A DNA stretch of 64,000 nt. It comes from Methanobacteriota archaeon. GTDB lineage: Bacteria; Myxococcota; UBA727; JABDBI01. Both the position numbers and the translations under genes were made by a program. Below are positions 48,422 to 57,816 of the stretch, in pieces. Each line of letters starts with the position of its first letter. Position 1 is the first letter of the stretch. The notes under the pieces were generated by a model. That model was given only the letters and a program-made list of their open reading frames with translations, was not told the origin of the DNA and searched no databases. The stretch covers positions 9,089 to 73,088 of the forward strand of contig JABDBI010000001.1 in assembly GCA_013288705.1 (NCBI GenBank), read 5' to 3'.

Positions 48422-48579
48422 CACCGTCGCTTTTTTTGCACTGCCAACAGGCCCTTGGCTAGGTTGCTGCCAATCTGAACGGGTGGCGAAGGGGGCGTTT
48501 TTGCAAAAATAAAGCGCCGCACAAGATAATAACTTGCACAAGTCACGATGAGCAATACAAAAAGCAAATCAACGTTCAT
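48418..48579 (-). CDS. Small FeoB-associated membrane protein (53 aa, below the ORF-track cutoff)
   Basis: Translated by hand: MNVDLLFVLLIVTCASYYLVRRFIFAKTPPSPPVQIGSNLAKGLLAVQKKRRC. Starts 7 nt after the feoB stop, with AGGTG upstream. Confidence 0.6.
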   Translation of the reverse strand: MNVDLLFVLLIVTCASYYLVRRFIFAKTPPSPPVQIGSNLAKGLLAVQKKRRC

Positions 48580-48586
48580 GGGTCAC

Positions 48587-50518
48587 CTAAAAACCAAGAA
48601 GCGTGCCAGCTTGAAACACCGTGAAAGAACATAGCCAGGCAATCACCGTCATGTAACCAAACTGAAAAACAGGCCAGCGCAAACTCTTCGTCTCTTTCCT
48701 GACAACGGCAAGCGTGCTCATGCATTGCATAGCAAGCGCAAAAAATACCATGAGTGATAGCGCCACCAGCGGCGTATAAACCGGCTTTCCCGTCCTCGGA
48801 TTAATGTCATGAGCCATCGCTTTTTGCAATGGTACAGGCGCGTCTTCGCCATGCTGGCGAAGGCCATAAACAACGCCCAGCGTTGATACCAGTACTTCTC
48901 GCGCAGCAAAACTAGCAACGAGCCCCACGCCAATTTTCCAATCGAATCCAAGCGGTGCAATTACTGGTTCGATCAGTTGCCCAAACCGGCCAGCATAGCT
49001 AGCCTTCATCTGCTCAGCCGGCGACAGATCATTGTGGCGCGGAAAAGTAAAAAGTGCCCAGAGTATGATAGTCATCGCCAAAATGACTGTTCCTGCTTCA
49101 CGCAAAAAGACTTGGACGCGCAATAGAACTCCCCTGAGCAGCGAGGACATCCTGGGCAGCCGATAAGGGGGTAGCTCCAAAATCAGCGCAGGCGACTCCC
49201 CCTTTAGCAAAAACCGTTTAAGTAGAAATGCGATCAGCAATGCCACAACAATGCCAATAGCGTACATCGCAAACATGACGACAGAGCCCACTTCAACCAA
49301 ACCCCAAATCGGGGGTGCCGACGAAAACACGACGGCAATGAGCAAACCATATACCGGTAGCCGGGCGGAACACGACATCAACGGGGTCACCATCATGGTC
49401 AGCAGACGCTCTCTGCGAGACTCGATCACGCGCGTCGACATAATCGCCGGAACTGCGCAGGCAAATCCCGACAGCAGGGGAACAAATGCGCGCCCAGGAA
49501 GACCGACTCTGGACATTACCCGGTCAAGCAAAAAGGTCGCCCGCGCCAAGTACCCCGAGTCTTCCAAAATACCCAAAAATAAAAATAGGATGGCAATCAA
49601 GGGCACAAAAGCGATCACACTTCCAACACCAGCGATGATCCCATCTGTGACCAAAGAGCCTAATAAGGAGCCCTCCGAAAACAAAGGCAGGACAAAAGTT
49701 GTCGCACCTCCTTTGATTAGGTCTAAGGTCTCGACAATAGGTTTTGCCCAAACAAATAGCGCGTTGAACATCACGGCAAAAATACCGAGCAAGAGGATTG
49801 GCCCGAACACCGGATGCAATGCCACCGAGTCGACTCTATCGGTCATAGTCTCAATCACCGGCGGTTTCTGGTACGCCCCATCAAGCCAATGCTCCACCTG
49901 GGCATATCGCTTCCTCACTTGCTCTGGCGAAGTGGAGATGGATATGCCCATCAACGTCGTGGAACACTCATCTATGGCATCTAAAAGCTGCGGGATCCCC
50001 TCGTTGGTCAGCGCACAAACAGGGACAATCGCAACCCCAATACGCTCGGAAAGCACCTCTGTATGCACCAAAATGCCTTCAGCTCTTGCTGCATCCATCA
50101 TCGTCATGGCAATCAAAAACTGAACCTTCGCCTCAAGAAGCTGACTGACGAGATAGAGATTCCGCTCCAAATGTGTGGCATCGACGACGACAACAACAAG
50201 TCGTGGCCCATGATGCTTTTGGAGGACCTGCTCGATGCTATCAATGGTAAGCTTTTCATCGTCCGAACGAGGGCACAAGCTGTATGTGCCAGGCAAATCA
50301 ACCAGGCTCGCGCGCGGATGGTTCTTCAGATCGATTTGTCCTCGACGACACTCTACGGTTACCCCGGGGTAATTTCCAACTTTCCCATGCAAACCCGTGA
50401 GACGATTAAAAAGCAGAGTCTTACCGGCATTTGGATTGCCAACAAGTAAGATCTCCTTTTCTGCAGCGACCTGCACACGACGTCCTATTATGAGGGAAGG
50501 GGTTTTACGGGGAAACAA
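48587..50518 (-). CDS. feoB: Ferrous iron transporter B
   Basis: GNPNAGKT, NYPGVTVE, DLPGTYS, GFACAVP, MSCSARLP, AAREV. Start uncertain. Confidence 0.96.
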   Translation of the reverse strand: MFPRKTPSLIIGRRVQVAAEKEILLVGNPNAGKTLLFNRLTGLHGKVGNYPGVTVECRRGQIDLKNHPRASLVDLPGTYSLCPRSDDEKLTIDSIEQVLQKHHGPRLVVVVVDATHLERNLYLVSQLLEAKVQFLIAMTMMDAARAEGILVHTEVLSERIGVAIVPVCALTNEGIPQLLDAIDECSTTLMGISISTSPEQVRKRYAQVEHWLDGAYQKPPVIETMTDRVDSVALHPVFGPILLLGIFAVMFNALFVWAKPIVETLDLIKGGATTFVLPLFSEGSLLGSLVTDGIIAGVGSVIAFVPLIAILFLFLGILEDSGYLARATFLLDRVMSRVGLPGRAFVPLLSGFACAVPAIMSTRVIESRRERLLTMMVTPLMSCSARLPVYGLLIAVVFSSAPPIWGLVEVGSVVMFAMYAIGIVVALLIAFLLKRFLLKGESPALILELPPYRLPRMSSLLRGVLLRVQVFLREAGTVILAMTIILWALFTFPRHNDLSPAEQMKASYAGRFGQLIEPVIAPLGFDWKIGVGLVASFAAREVLVSTLGVVYGLRQHGEDAPVPLQKAMAHDINPRTGKPVYTPLVALSLMVFFALAMQCMSTLAVVRKETKSLRWPVFQFGYMTVIAWLCSFTVFQAGTLLGF

Positions 50519-50730
50519 GCGGCCTCACGTCGCCGCAGACAAAGCCGTGTGCCACGCACGACAACCAATAGCGGCCCGCCCATGGGCCCCCTGCGAATGA
50601 GCTGTATGGTAGCGCCCTCTGTCATGCCCATTTCGAGCAAGCGAAGAATACAAGAACTGACAATCGCCGGGGCACGTAAAACACCATGCTGTCCCACTAA
50701 GAGTTCAGATATGTTGGTTCGGTTGGCCAT
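50488..50730 (-). CDS. feoA: Ferrous iron transport protein A
   Basis: RLLEMGMTEG, GPMGGP, LCLRRREA; upstream of feoB. Confidence 0.9.
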   Translation of the reverse strand: MANRTNISELLVGQHGVLRAPAIVSSCILRLLEMGMTEGATIQLIRRGPMGGPLLVVVRGTRLCLRRREAACFPVKPLPS

Positions 50731-50842
50731 TTTAGTCCGGGCAAAACTAGCGCCTTTCCGCACCAAGCGCAATCACCCATCCGCACAACATCTTTGGCCT
50801 CCATTGCTTTCGCCGGTTCAATCCTCAATATGTGACGCATCC

Positions 50843-51892
50843 ATGGCACAGATTTACTTCACACTCTTTTTCGCATGCGTTCTTTGTTTCGCGCCAGCTT
50901 GTCAGCGAAAGTCAAAGCCTGCACCTGCAGCTGCACCGTCCGCCATGCAAGCTGTGGCACCAATGGGATCACAGACAACCAACGTTGCCTTTGCCAAGCG
51001 TGTGAAGCTGCTCGAAGATCTCATGGATGGTAAAATCGCCAAAAACCAAACCGATCCGGCGCAAAAGCCAATTTTTGACGCCATCGATATCAAGGCTCTC
51101 GATAACATCCCGGTGGCACAGGGACTCTCACGAGATATTTTGCTCGCGCAACTTCATTTTCACGAACATCGCTTTATCGATGCTTCCCTTCTACTCTCGC
51201 GCATATTAGACAAAAACGCTGTTTTCCCGCGCGCGCGTAATCTGCTCGCGCGATGCTTTTTCTTTTTAGGAAACCCCGATAGAGCAGTACAAGAATTAGC
51301 ATTTGTGCTGTTGAATCAATCCAAAGATCCGGAAGAATTTCTCGATGCTTTATTTTTGCTGGGAGCTGCAGTACACGAGTCAGCGTCGTATTCTCCAAAA
51401 AATCTCAAGAAAGCGATCTATGCTTGGGACACTTATCTGAAAGTTGTGCCCGAGTCGCCATACAAAGATAAAGTGGTAGCAGGCCTTGCACAAATGCGAG
51501 AAGCGCTGCGTTCGCCAAAGTCCGTCGGCTTTCAAAGCAAAGCTCTGGCCCTTAAGGCATTTGCAGCCAAAGACTTCAAGGCCGCCGAAACAACGCTTAA
51601 CCGCGCAAAGAAAGAACTCCCCCATGATCCAGAAATCACGACGACATTGGCACGTATCTATCTACAAACGGGCAGAGCCAATGAGGCATTGGCAGAATTT
51701 GATCAGATCACCAAGCTACACCCAGGCTATATGCCTGGATGGCACTATAAAGGCATGGCGCACATACTCACCGGCCATCCCGAGCTTGCCGTAGCGGCCT
51801 GGGAGCAGGTGATGGAGCGAGACAGAGGCTATGCCTCCCGCTTTCAGTTGCAATCACGCATAGCGTCAGCAAAAAAGATGCAAAACAATTAG
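50843..51892 (+). CDS. TPR-repeat lipoprotein
   Basis: Signal ending APAC; multiple TPR units (ARNLLARCFF, LARIYLQTG, GWHYKGMA). Confidence 0.75.
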   Translation: MAQIYFTLFFACVLCFAPACQRKSKPAPAAAPSAMQAVAPMGSQTTNVAFAKRVKLLEDLMDGKIAKNQTDPAQKPIFDAIDIKALDNIPVAQGLSRDILLAQLHFHEHRFIDASLLLSRILDKNAVFPRARNLLARCFFFLGNPDRAVQELAFVLLNQSKDPEEFLDALFLLGAAVHESASYSPKNLKKAIYAWDTYLKVVPESPYKDKVVAGLAQMREALRSPKSVGFQSKALALKAFAAKDFKAAETTLNRAKKELPHDPEITTTLARIYLQTGRANEALAEFDQITKLHPGYMPGWHYKGMAHILTGHPELAVAAWEQVMERDRGYASRFQLQSRIASAKKMQNN

Positions 51893-51902
51893 GAGATATC
51901 GC

Positions 51903-52679
51903 ATGACTGAAGGATTTTCCACGCTTGAAGGCTGGTACACGTTACATGATTTTCGCACCATGGATTGGCCAGCATGGAAAGCGCTCGACCCGCGAGAAAA
52001 GGCTCTTGTGCAAGAGGAGCTTTTTTCTCTTCTGCACCGTTTTTGCGCTATCGACGAAAAACGAGAAGGGAGTTTTGGGCTCTTCGATGTCGCTGGTCAT
52101 AAGGCAGACTTTCTATTCCTGAATTTGAGGCCAACACTCGAGGAGATTACCAGCCTTGAGCGGGATTTAAACAAGACGCAATTCGCCAGATATGCAAAGC
52201 CGGCTTACTCTTACGTGTCCGTGGTGGAAATAAGTAATTACTTGCACGGCCAAGAGAAAAAGCCGGAAGACATGCTCCAAGATCCATATGTGCAGTCTCG
52301 TCTTTATCCAGTGCTACCAAAGGTCAAAGCGATTTGCTTTTACCCCATGAATAAGAAGCGTGATGGCCAAGATAATTGGTATACGTTGCCCGTAGAAGAG
52401 CGCCGCGCACTCATGCGTGATCACGGTATGACGGGGCGAAAATTTGCTGGCCAGCTCACGCAAATGATCGGCGGATCCATTGGCCTCGATGATTGGGAAT
52501 GGGGTGTGACGCTTTTTGCCAACGACCCTGTAGTGTTTAAAAAAGTGGTCACTGATATGCGTTTTGACGTCGTCAGTGCGCGCTACGCAGAGTTTGGTGC
52601 TTTTTTTGTGGGCAACGCACTCGACAACGACCAATTAATTAAGGCGCTCGATGGCACGTGTCATTCCACATCGAAATAA
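51903..52679 (+). CDS. hemQ: Coproheme decarboxylase (HemQ/ChdC)
   Basis: LEGWYTLHDF, YSYVSVVE, FYPMNK-R, WY, HG, GLDDWEWGVTL, MRFD-SARY. Confidence 0.88.
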   Translation: MTEGFSTLEGWYTLHDFRTMDWPAWKALDPREKALVQEELFSLLHRFCAIDEKREGSFGLFDVAGHKADFLFLNLRPTLEEITSLERDLNKTQFARYAKPAYSYVSVVEISNYLHGQEKKPEDMLQDPYVQSRLYPVLPKVKAICFYPMNKKRDGQDNWYTLPVEERRALMRDHGMTGRKFAGQLTQMIGGSIGLDDWEWGVTLFANDPVVFKKVVTDMRFDVVSARYAEFGAFFVGNALDNDQLIKALDGTCHSTSK

Positions 52680-53214
52680 CCCGAGCCTCTCTCTCATATC
52701 CGAGCACGCTCAGCGAGGCAGTAGATAGATAAAGCATGCGACCCTCGCTTGGCGCTAGCCCGACCCATCTCGCTGCCAGAATTCGCAGAATATGGCCGCT
52801 CGAGATCAGCGCCACATCGCCCTTGGCCTCGAGCGCCAACTGGATTATGCCATCGGCGCGCTCGCCTACCTCAGCAATGGTCTCACCATTAGGCACACCA
52901 TCGGCAAACACCGTCCATCCTGGTTTATCCTTTCTAATTTGTTCTGAGGTGAGACCTTCATAATCGCCATAGTTCCACTCAACAAGTTCGGGTCGCATTT
53001 CGGCAAGACCATCTAGGCCCACAATCGTACAAGTTTCTCGCGCACGCTGTAGCGGACTGCAAAAAACTTTGGCAAACTGGCGTTTCTGCACTTTTTGTTT
53101 CAATTGCAAAGCCTGTGCGCGGCCTTCGTCGGTTAAACCAATGTCACTGAGGCCCGTGTGCCGGCCAGACTTTGTCCACTCGGTTTGACCATGCCTAATC
53201 AACACAATTTCCAT
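52639..53214 (-). CDS. Histidine phosphatase family protein
   Basis: RHGQTEW, SPLQRARET, EWNYGDYEG, SGH. Confidence 0.9.
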   Translation of the reverse strand: MEIVLIRHGQTEWTKSGRHTGLSDIGLTDEGRAQALQLKQKVQKRQFAKVFCSPLQRARETCTIVGLDGLAEMRPELVEWNYGDYEGLTSEQIRKDKPGWTVFADGVPNGETIAEVGERADGIIQLALEAKGDVALISSGHILRILAARWVGLAPSEGRMLYLSTASLSVLGYEREARVISMWNDTCHRAP

Positions 53215-54105
53215 TTTCGCTCCCACTTCTTTAGCGCACTAGTCGTCACTTTATTTTTTTCTCTACAAAGCTATGGGCGAGACTTAAAAAATTCTAGTCT
53301 TAATCACGTTTTAATTTGTTCAGCTGATCTACCCTGCAAGCCATCTCCAGAATTGCTGGAATTGTTGTCGGCGCTCAAGGTCACGCACGAAGGTTCACTG
53401 CAGAGCATTGTGGCCGCAACACAAAAGAAATGGCTTCGTCCAAAGGGTTCTGAACGTTGGCAAATGAAAGACGCTTATAACGGGCAACGTCGAAAGCTCC
53501 TGCCTCTACTTGTAAACCTTGGTCTTGTTGAGGGCATGAACGCGCAAAAAAGCCAGTATGACTATGCTGTGGTTTTGGGCGCGACCACGAACAGCGTGCG
53601 CGATAGACTCCGTTTCCTAATTCGAACATGGCAGCATGGTATCCGATTTCGCGAGATTGTTTTTCTCGGCAGCGCCAGACTGCTTGATCCAAGACTGGAA
53701 CCGATTCCAAGGTGGCGGCATAAAGCAGCGCGCCCAAAAACCGAAACCGACATGATGAAAATTGTTTTTGCGCAAACGAAAGTGCCTAAGGGGTGGCAAG
53801 CTATCAAAGTGCGATTTGTCGACGCACCAGCAAAACCCGATGGGGCAGGTGGAATGCGCAGGCCCAATACAGCGGACACAGTTGAGGCATGGTTAAAGGA
53901 AAGCCCAACGCCTGGAACAGTTCTTGCGATTTCGAATCAACCCTTCGTGCTTTACCAACATGCGGTGTTAACCTCACTTCTGCCAAGAACTTTTTCGGTG
54001 GATTCTGCAGGCAGCCGTGCGGATCCTAAAGTCTCGATAGCGCTTTGTCTGGATAGCCTGGCGCGATTACTCTATCAAACAGCTCAGGAGCAAAATAATT
54101 TATGA
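53191..54105 (+). CDS. Conserved hypothetical secreted protein (DUF218/YdcF-like Rossmann fold)
   Basis: YDYAVVLGAT, ETDMM, RPNTADT, LAISNQPF, LDSLAR; N-terminal hydrophobic stretch. Confidence 0.6.
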   Translation: MPNQHNFHFRSHFFSALVVTLFFSLQSYGRDLKNSSLNHVLICSADLPCKPSPELLELLSALKVTHEGSLQSIVAATQKKWLRPKGSERWQMKDAYNGQRRKLLPLLVNLGLVEGMNAQKSQYDYAVVLGATTNSVRDRLRFLIRTWQHGIRFREIVFLGSARLLDPRLEPIPRWRHKAARPKTETDMMKIVFAQTKVPKGWQAIKVRFVDAPAKPDGAGGMRRPNTADTVEAWLKESPTPGTVLAISNQPFVLYQHAVLTSLLPRTFSVDSAGSRADPKVSIALCLDSLARLLYQTAQEQNNL

Positions 54106-55004
54106 GCGTGGAATTTCAAGACTATTATCAAGTTCTCGGCGTCCAAAAAACCGCTTCGCAGGATGAAATCCAAAAGGCTTACCGTAGGCTGGCGAAGAAA
54201 TACCATCCTGACATAAACAAGGAGAAGGGGGCCGAGGACAAATTTAAGAAGATAGCCGAAGCGTATGCTGTATTGAAGCAACCAGAATCGCGTCGACGCT
54301 ACGACACCCTAGGATCTGGCTGGAAAGGCGGCGAACCTTTTACCCCGCCAAAGACATGGCAAAACGTGGGTTTTGATTTTGGCGGAGGAGTCGGAGGCAC
54401 ACACAGCGGCTTTAGTAATTTCTTCGACATGTTTTTTCGCGACGCCTTCACTGGCAGCAGCAGGCAAGAAGATGGGGAGGATCTTGAAGCCAACATCACT
54501 GTCAGCCTCTTGGATGCCTTGGAGGGCGCACAAAAGTCTTTTTCCATCTCTGGCGGAGCCAAGACCAAGCAACTCCAGGTGAATATTCCTCCCGGGGCAA
54601 CGGAGGGTTCTAAAATTCGACTCAAGGGTCATGGAGGCAAAGGCGAGAACGGTGGAAGAAATGGCGACTTGCTGCTAAAACTCCATCTCGCGCCAGATCC
54701 TAACTTCAAAGTTATCGGACACGATATTCACACCGTCGTGGCGCTAGCCCCCTGGGAAGCCGCGTTGGGGGCTCATGTGGAAGTTCCGCTGGTGCGGGGC
54801 CGCGTCAAGCTGACCATCCCTGCAGGGACGCAGAGCGGAACAACCTTGAGGTTGAGAGGGAAGGGGCTTCCTCATGGCAAGAGCCCTCCCGGTGATGCGC
54901 TGGTAGAGACAAAGATTGTTGTTCCCACTACACTGTCTGCGAAAGAAAAGGAACTTTTGGAGACGCTATCTAAAGTGTCGTCATTTCAACCCAGGGCCAC
55001 CTAG
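54102..55004 (+). CDS. DnaJ-class chaperone (CbpA-like, no zinc finger)
   Basis: J domain with HPD, G/F-rich region, DnaJ_C (LAPWEAALG). Confidence 0.93.
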   Translation: MSVEFQDYYQVLGVQKTASQDEIQKAYRRLAKKYHPDINKEKGAEDKFKKIAEAYAVLKQPESRRRYDTLGSGWKGGEPFTPPKTWQNVGFDFGGGVGGTHSGFSNFFDMFFRDAFTGSSRQEDGEDLEANITVSLLDALEGAQKSFSISGGAKTKQLQVNIPPGATEGSKIRLKGHGGKGENGGRNGDLLLKLHLAPDPNFKVIGHDIHTVVALAPWEAALGAHVEVPLVRGRVKLTIPAGTQSGTTLRLRGKGLPHGKSPPGDALVETKIVVPTTLSAKEKELLETLSKVSSFQPRAT

Positions 55005-55270
55005 GAAGACGGTTCAGATTTCTTCTCCGGCGCACTCTTTTCGGAAGACGACGCTGGAGCCGCCTCTTTGGCGTCTGCCTTCTTTGTTGACGCGTACAAA
55101 TCGCTGTACCAACCGCCGCCCTTGAGCTGAAAAGACCCCTGGCTAACCAGCTTTTCCATCGTGTGTGTTTTTCCACATTTTGGGCAAATCTCCGGCGACG
55201 GATCATTTAGTTTTTGCAAAAGCTCCTGGACACACGCACAGGCATTACAACGGAATTCGTAGATCGGCAT
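55001..55270 (-). CDS. FmdB family zinc-ribbon protein
   Basis: MPIYEFRC-AC, CPKCG, FQLKGGGWY. Confidence 0.9.
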   Translation of the reverse strand: MPIYEFRCNACACVQELLQKLNDPSPEICPKCGKTHTMEKLVSQGSFQLKGGGWYSDLYASTKKADAKEAAPASSSEKSAPEKKSEPSS

Positions 55271-55359
55271 ATTTTTCCCAAAACCTTCTTATGCAACTGC
55301 TTCTTTTGAGATAAGCACTTGATGCAAAGAGTCAACATCAGACTTGAAAAGGCATTAGC

Positions 55360-55980
55360 ATGGCACATCCGCCAAAGAAAGATCCTGTGCAAACGCGCCT
55401 TTCCCGCTACGCAAAAGCCCAGCTGCCAACAAAGTTTGGGGTTTTACGCTGCATTGTCTTTACCGGGAAGGGTGGCGTTGAACATGTTGCCTTGGTAAAA
55501 GGCGACGTCGCGCGCGCTGAGTCCGTGCTCTGTCGCATTCATTCAGAGTGCTTGACAGGAGAGGTTTTTGGCTCCCTAAAGTGCGACTGCAAGCAACAAC
55601 TCGATCTGGCCCTTGAGACAATTGGCAAAGCAGAAAAAGGTGTTTTGCTCTACATGCGCCAAGAAGGACGCGGCATTGGACTTGGCAATAAGATTCGCGC
55701 GTATGCTTTGCAAGACGAGGGGCTCGACACAGTAGACGCTAACCGCCACCTGGGATTTCCCGACGATGCCCGAGACTACCTCGAGGCAGCAACGATGATC
55801 AAAGATCTCGACATCGCCTCCATTATACTCATGACCAACAATCCGGCCAAAATCGATGGGATGGAAAAGGCCGGCATTTCAGTTGTAAAGAGACTTAAGC
55901 TCTCAGTTAGTCCCGCGAAGGAAGCGCTATCTTATCTCGAAGTCAAGCGTAACCGAATGGGTCACCTCGACAACGAGTGA
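55360..55980 (+). CDS. ribA: GTP cyclohydrolase II
   Basis: RIHSECLTG, CDC, QEGRGIGL, MTNNP-K. Confidence 0.95.
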   Translation: MAHPPKKDPVQTRLSRYAKAQLPTKFGVLRCIVFTGKGGVEHVALVKGDVARAESVLCRIHSECLTGEVFGSLKCDCKQQLDLALETIGKAEKGVLLYMRQEGRGIGLGNKIRAYALQDEGLDTVDANRHLGFPDDARDYLEAATMIKDLDIASIILMTNNPAKIDGMEKAGISVVKRLKLSVSPAKEALSYLEVKRNRMGHLDNE

Positions 55981-55986
55981 CAAGCT

Positions 55987-56874
55987 CTAATTCACTTCGG
56001 CACGGCTGGAAACGCGAATAGCCAAGGCACCATCTGGTGCATTGTATGTTTCCACGAAGCCCTCCGCTAACAGTTTATCGAGCACCCTTCTTCTCGTCTC
56101 AGGCGTCGTATCGAGGTGCGCTGAGCGCCAGCGTGTCAGAAAATACCCAAGACCGACGTAGCCACCGCTAAACTTACTCTGCGCCTGATCAAGCTCCGCC
56201 AGAAATGCATCCATCGCGGGATCGCCCGTCACAGAAGCGATTTCGACGACACTCTCAGCTCCATGGATAAAATCATCTCCGTCTTCTTCATCCAAAGAAA
56301 ACTCTCGCTCAAAATGGGAAAGGCCTTGCAACATATCGATGTGATCAAAAGCGGCGCTGCGAATGCGTTTGCTCACGCCGGTGCCGCCCCAACTCGCAAT
56401 ATACGCCTGTTTGCCGAGCGCGCGCACGCCCTCAATCGCTGGGGCATAATCTGCATCACCCGACATCAGCACCAACGTGTCATAGGCGTTCACAGCTGCA
56501 AGACGCAACATGTGCGCCACCATGGTCGTATCGACTTCTTTCTCGAGCACGTAGCGATTCTCTGCACCACACTCGGAGCAACCGATAGAGCCAACCTTGC
56601 GCTTAAATGTGTGTACAAAAAAACCAGGCTGCGTCTCAAGCATGTCGAGAAAGCCCGCCAGTTTCTGCTGCGTATCAGACTGCCCGAGCGAAGAATCATC
56701 CACGCCGGTGTAATAATAGGCGCCCCATAGCGCCGTACCTTTTGCGCGCATCACAAGCCATTCAGCTAATTTAGCGAAATCGATGCGACGACCTTTTGCT
56801 GCCTCTCGCCAGCCGGAATAAAAATTCTTTCCATCAAAAAAAAGTGCCACTCGCATTATGCTCTCCACAACCAA
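55987..56874 (-). CDS. NYN domain protein with C-terminal HTH-like extension
   Basis: FFDGKN, EKEVDT, SGDADY. Confidence 0.85.
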   Translation of the reverse strand: MVVESIMRVALFFDGKNFYSGWREAAKGRRIDFAKLAEWLVMRAKGTALWGAYYYTGVDDSSLGQSDTQQKLAGFLDMLETQPGFFVHTFKRKVGSIGCSECGAENRYVLEKEVDTTMVAHMLRLAAVNAYDTLVLMSGDADYAPAIEGVRALGKQAYIASWGGTGVSKRIRSAAFDHIDMLQGLSHFEREFSLDEEDGDDFIHGAESVVEIASVTGDPAMDAFLAELDQAQSKFSGGYVGLGYFLTRWRSAHLDTTPETRRRVLDKLLAEGFVETYNAPDGALAIRVSSRAEVN

Positions 56875-56892
56875 GTTCTATTTTGAATTAAA

Positions 56893-57816
56893 TCAGACAT
56901 GATGTACCTCAACGTAGGTGGCTCCACGCAATTCGTCGACGTATTGTTCAAACACGCGCTCAACCTCTTTTTCAAACAATTGCCTACGCAATTCTTTTTC
57001 CACTCTCTCAAGCGGTATCTTTTCGACGTGGGCATGCTCGCTTACATAAAGCAAGTGCCACCCACCCGGGGACCTGAGAGGACCTGCGACCTTACCAACA
57101 TCGACAGAAAATGCAAGCTTTTCAAACTCCGGGTAGAGTTCTCCGCGTGCAGCAAACCCAAGATCCTTGAGCAAAACTCCCTTTTGGGCTCTCTCTAACT
57201 CATGGGCAACAGCGAAGAACGTTTTTCCAGACTGAATTTCGCGAAGAGCCGACCTCGCCATTTTCTCTGACGACGGTGATAAAGGAAAAAGAATATGATA
57301 AAGATGCACCTTAAAATCATTAGCCTCCAATCCATACGTGCTCTCATATAGTGTTTTCACATCTTGTTCTGAAATCTGTACACGGCTCTTCACTTTGCTT
57401 TGCACGAGTTTCATTTTACAAAGTTGCTCTTTCAGCTGCTCTTTGTAGGCCTCGAGGGTAATCCCCTGTTGAAACAACGCGTGGGAAAACTCGGCATCGT
57501 TAAGATGGTTTTGCTTTTTAACTCCCTTGATTGAGTCCGCAACTTCTTCTTCAGTTGCCTCGAGCCCAGATTTCTTGCAGTCATTTTCAATAAGAGCTTG
57601 ACGAATGCGTGATTCTATCGCCGCCTGAGTCAACGAAGGACCTATCTCACTTTGTAAAATGGGCTTGCCGCCTACGACAGCAACGACGCGATCAACAATC
57701 GTCTTTGCACTTGTCGACGGAGAAAAAACTAAAATACCGCAAAGAAATGCAACTAGAAGACTAGCCGTTTTTTGCGAGTGAAACCGATGTTTTTGCATGA
57801 GAAAATGCTGCCTCAT
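56893..57816 (-). CDS. SurA-like peptidyl-prolyl isomerase
   Basis: VDRVVAVV…I-QSE, parvulin HIL…DLGF…GWHL. Confidence 0.8.
   Translation of the reverse strand: MRQHFLMQKHRFHSQKTASLLVAFLCGILVFSPSTSAKTIVDRVVAVVGGKPILQSEIGPSLTQAAIESRIRQALIENDCKKSGLEATEEEVADSIKGVKKQNHLNDAEFSHALFQQGITLEAYKEQLKEQLCKMKLVQSKVKSRVQISEQDVKTLYESTYGLEANDFKVHLYHILFPLSPSSEKMARSALREIQSGKTFFAVAHELERAQKGVLLKDLGFAARGELYPEFEKLAFSVDVGKVAGPLRSPGGWHLLYVSEHAHVEKIPLERVEKELRRQLFEKEVERVFEQYVDELRGATYVEVHHV

Noticed and set aside
49251-50123. Long antisense ORFs (290 aa opposite feoB; also 3432-4142, 2298-2948, 35424-36194)
   Set aside because: They lie wholly opposite well-supported genes and show no recognisable motifs; shadow ORFs.
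50731-50842. Fur box between feoA and the TPR-chdC genes
   Set aside because: No GATAATGATAATCATTATC-like AT-rich palindrome is visible.
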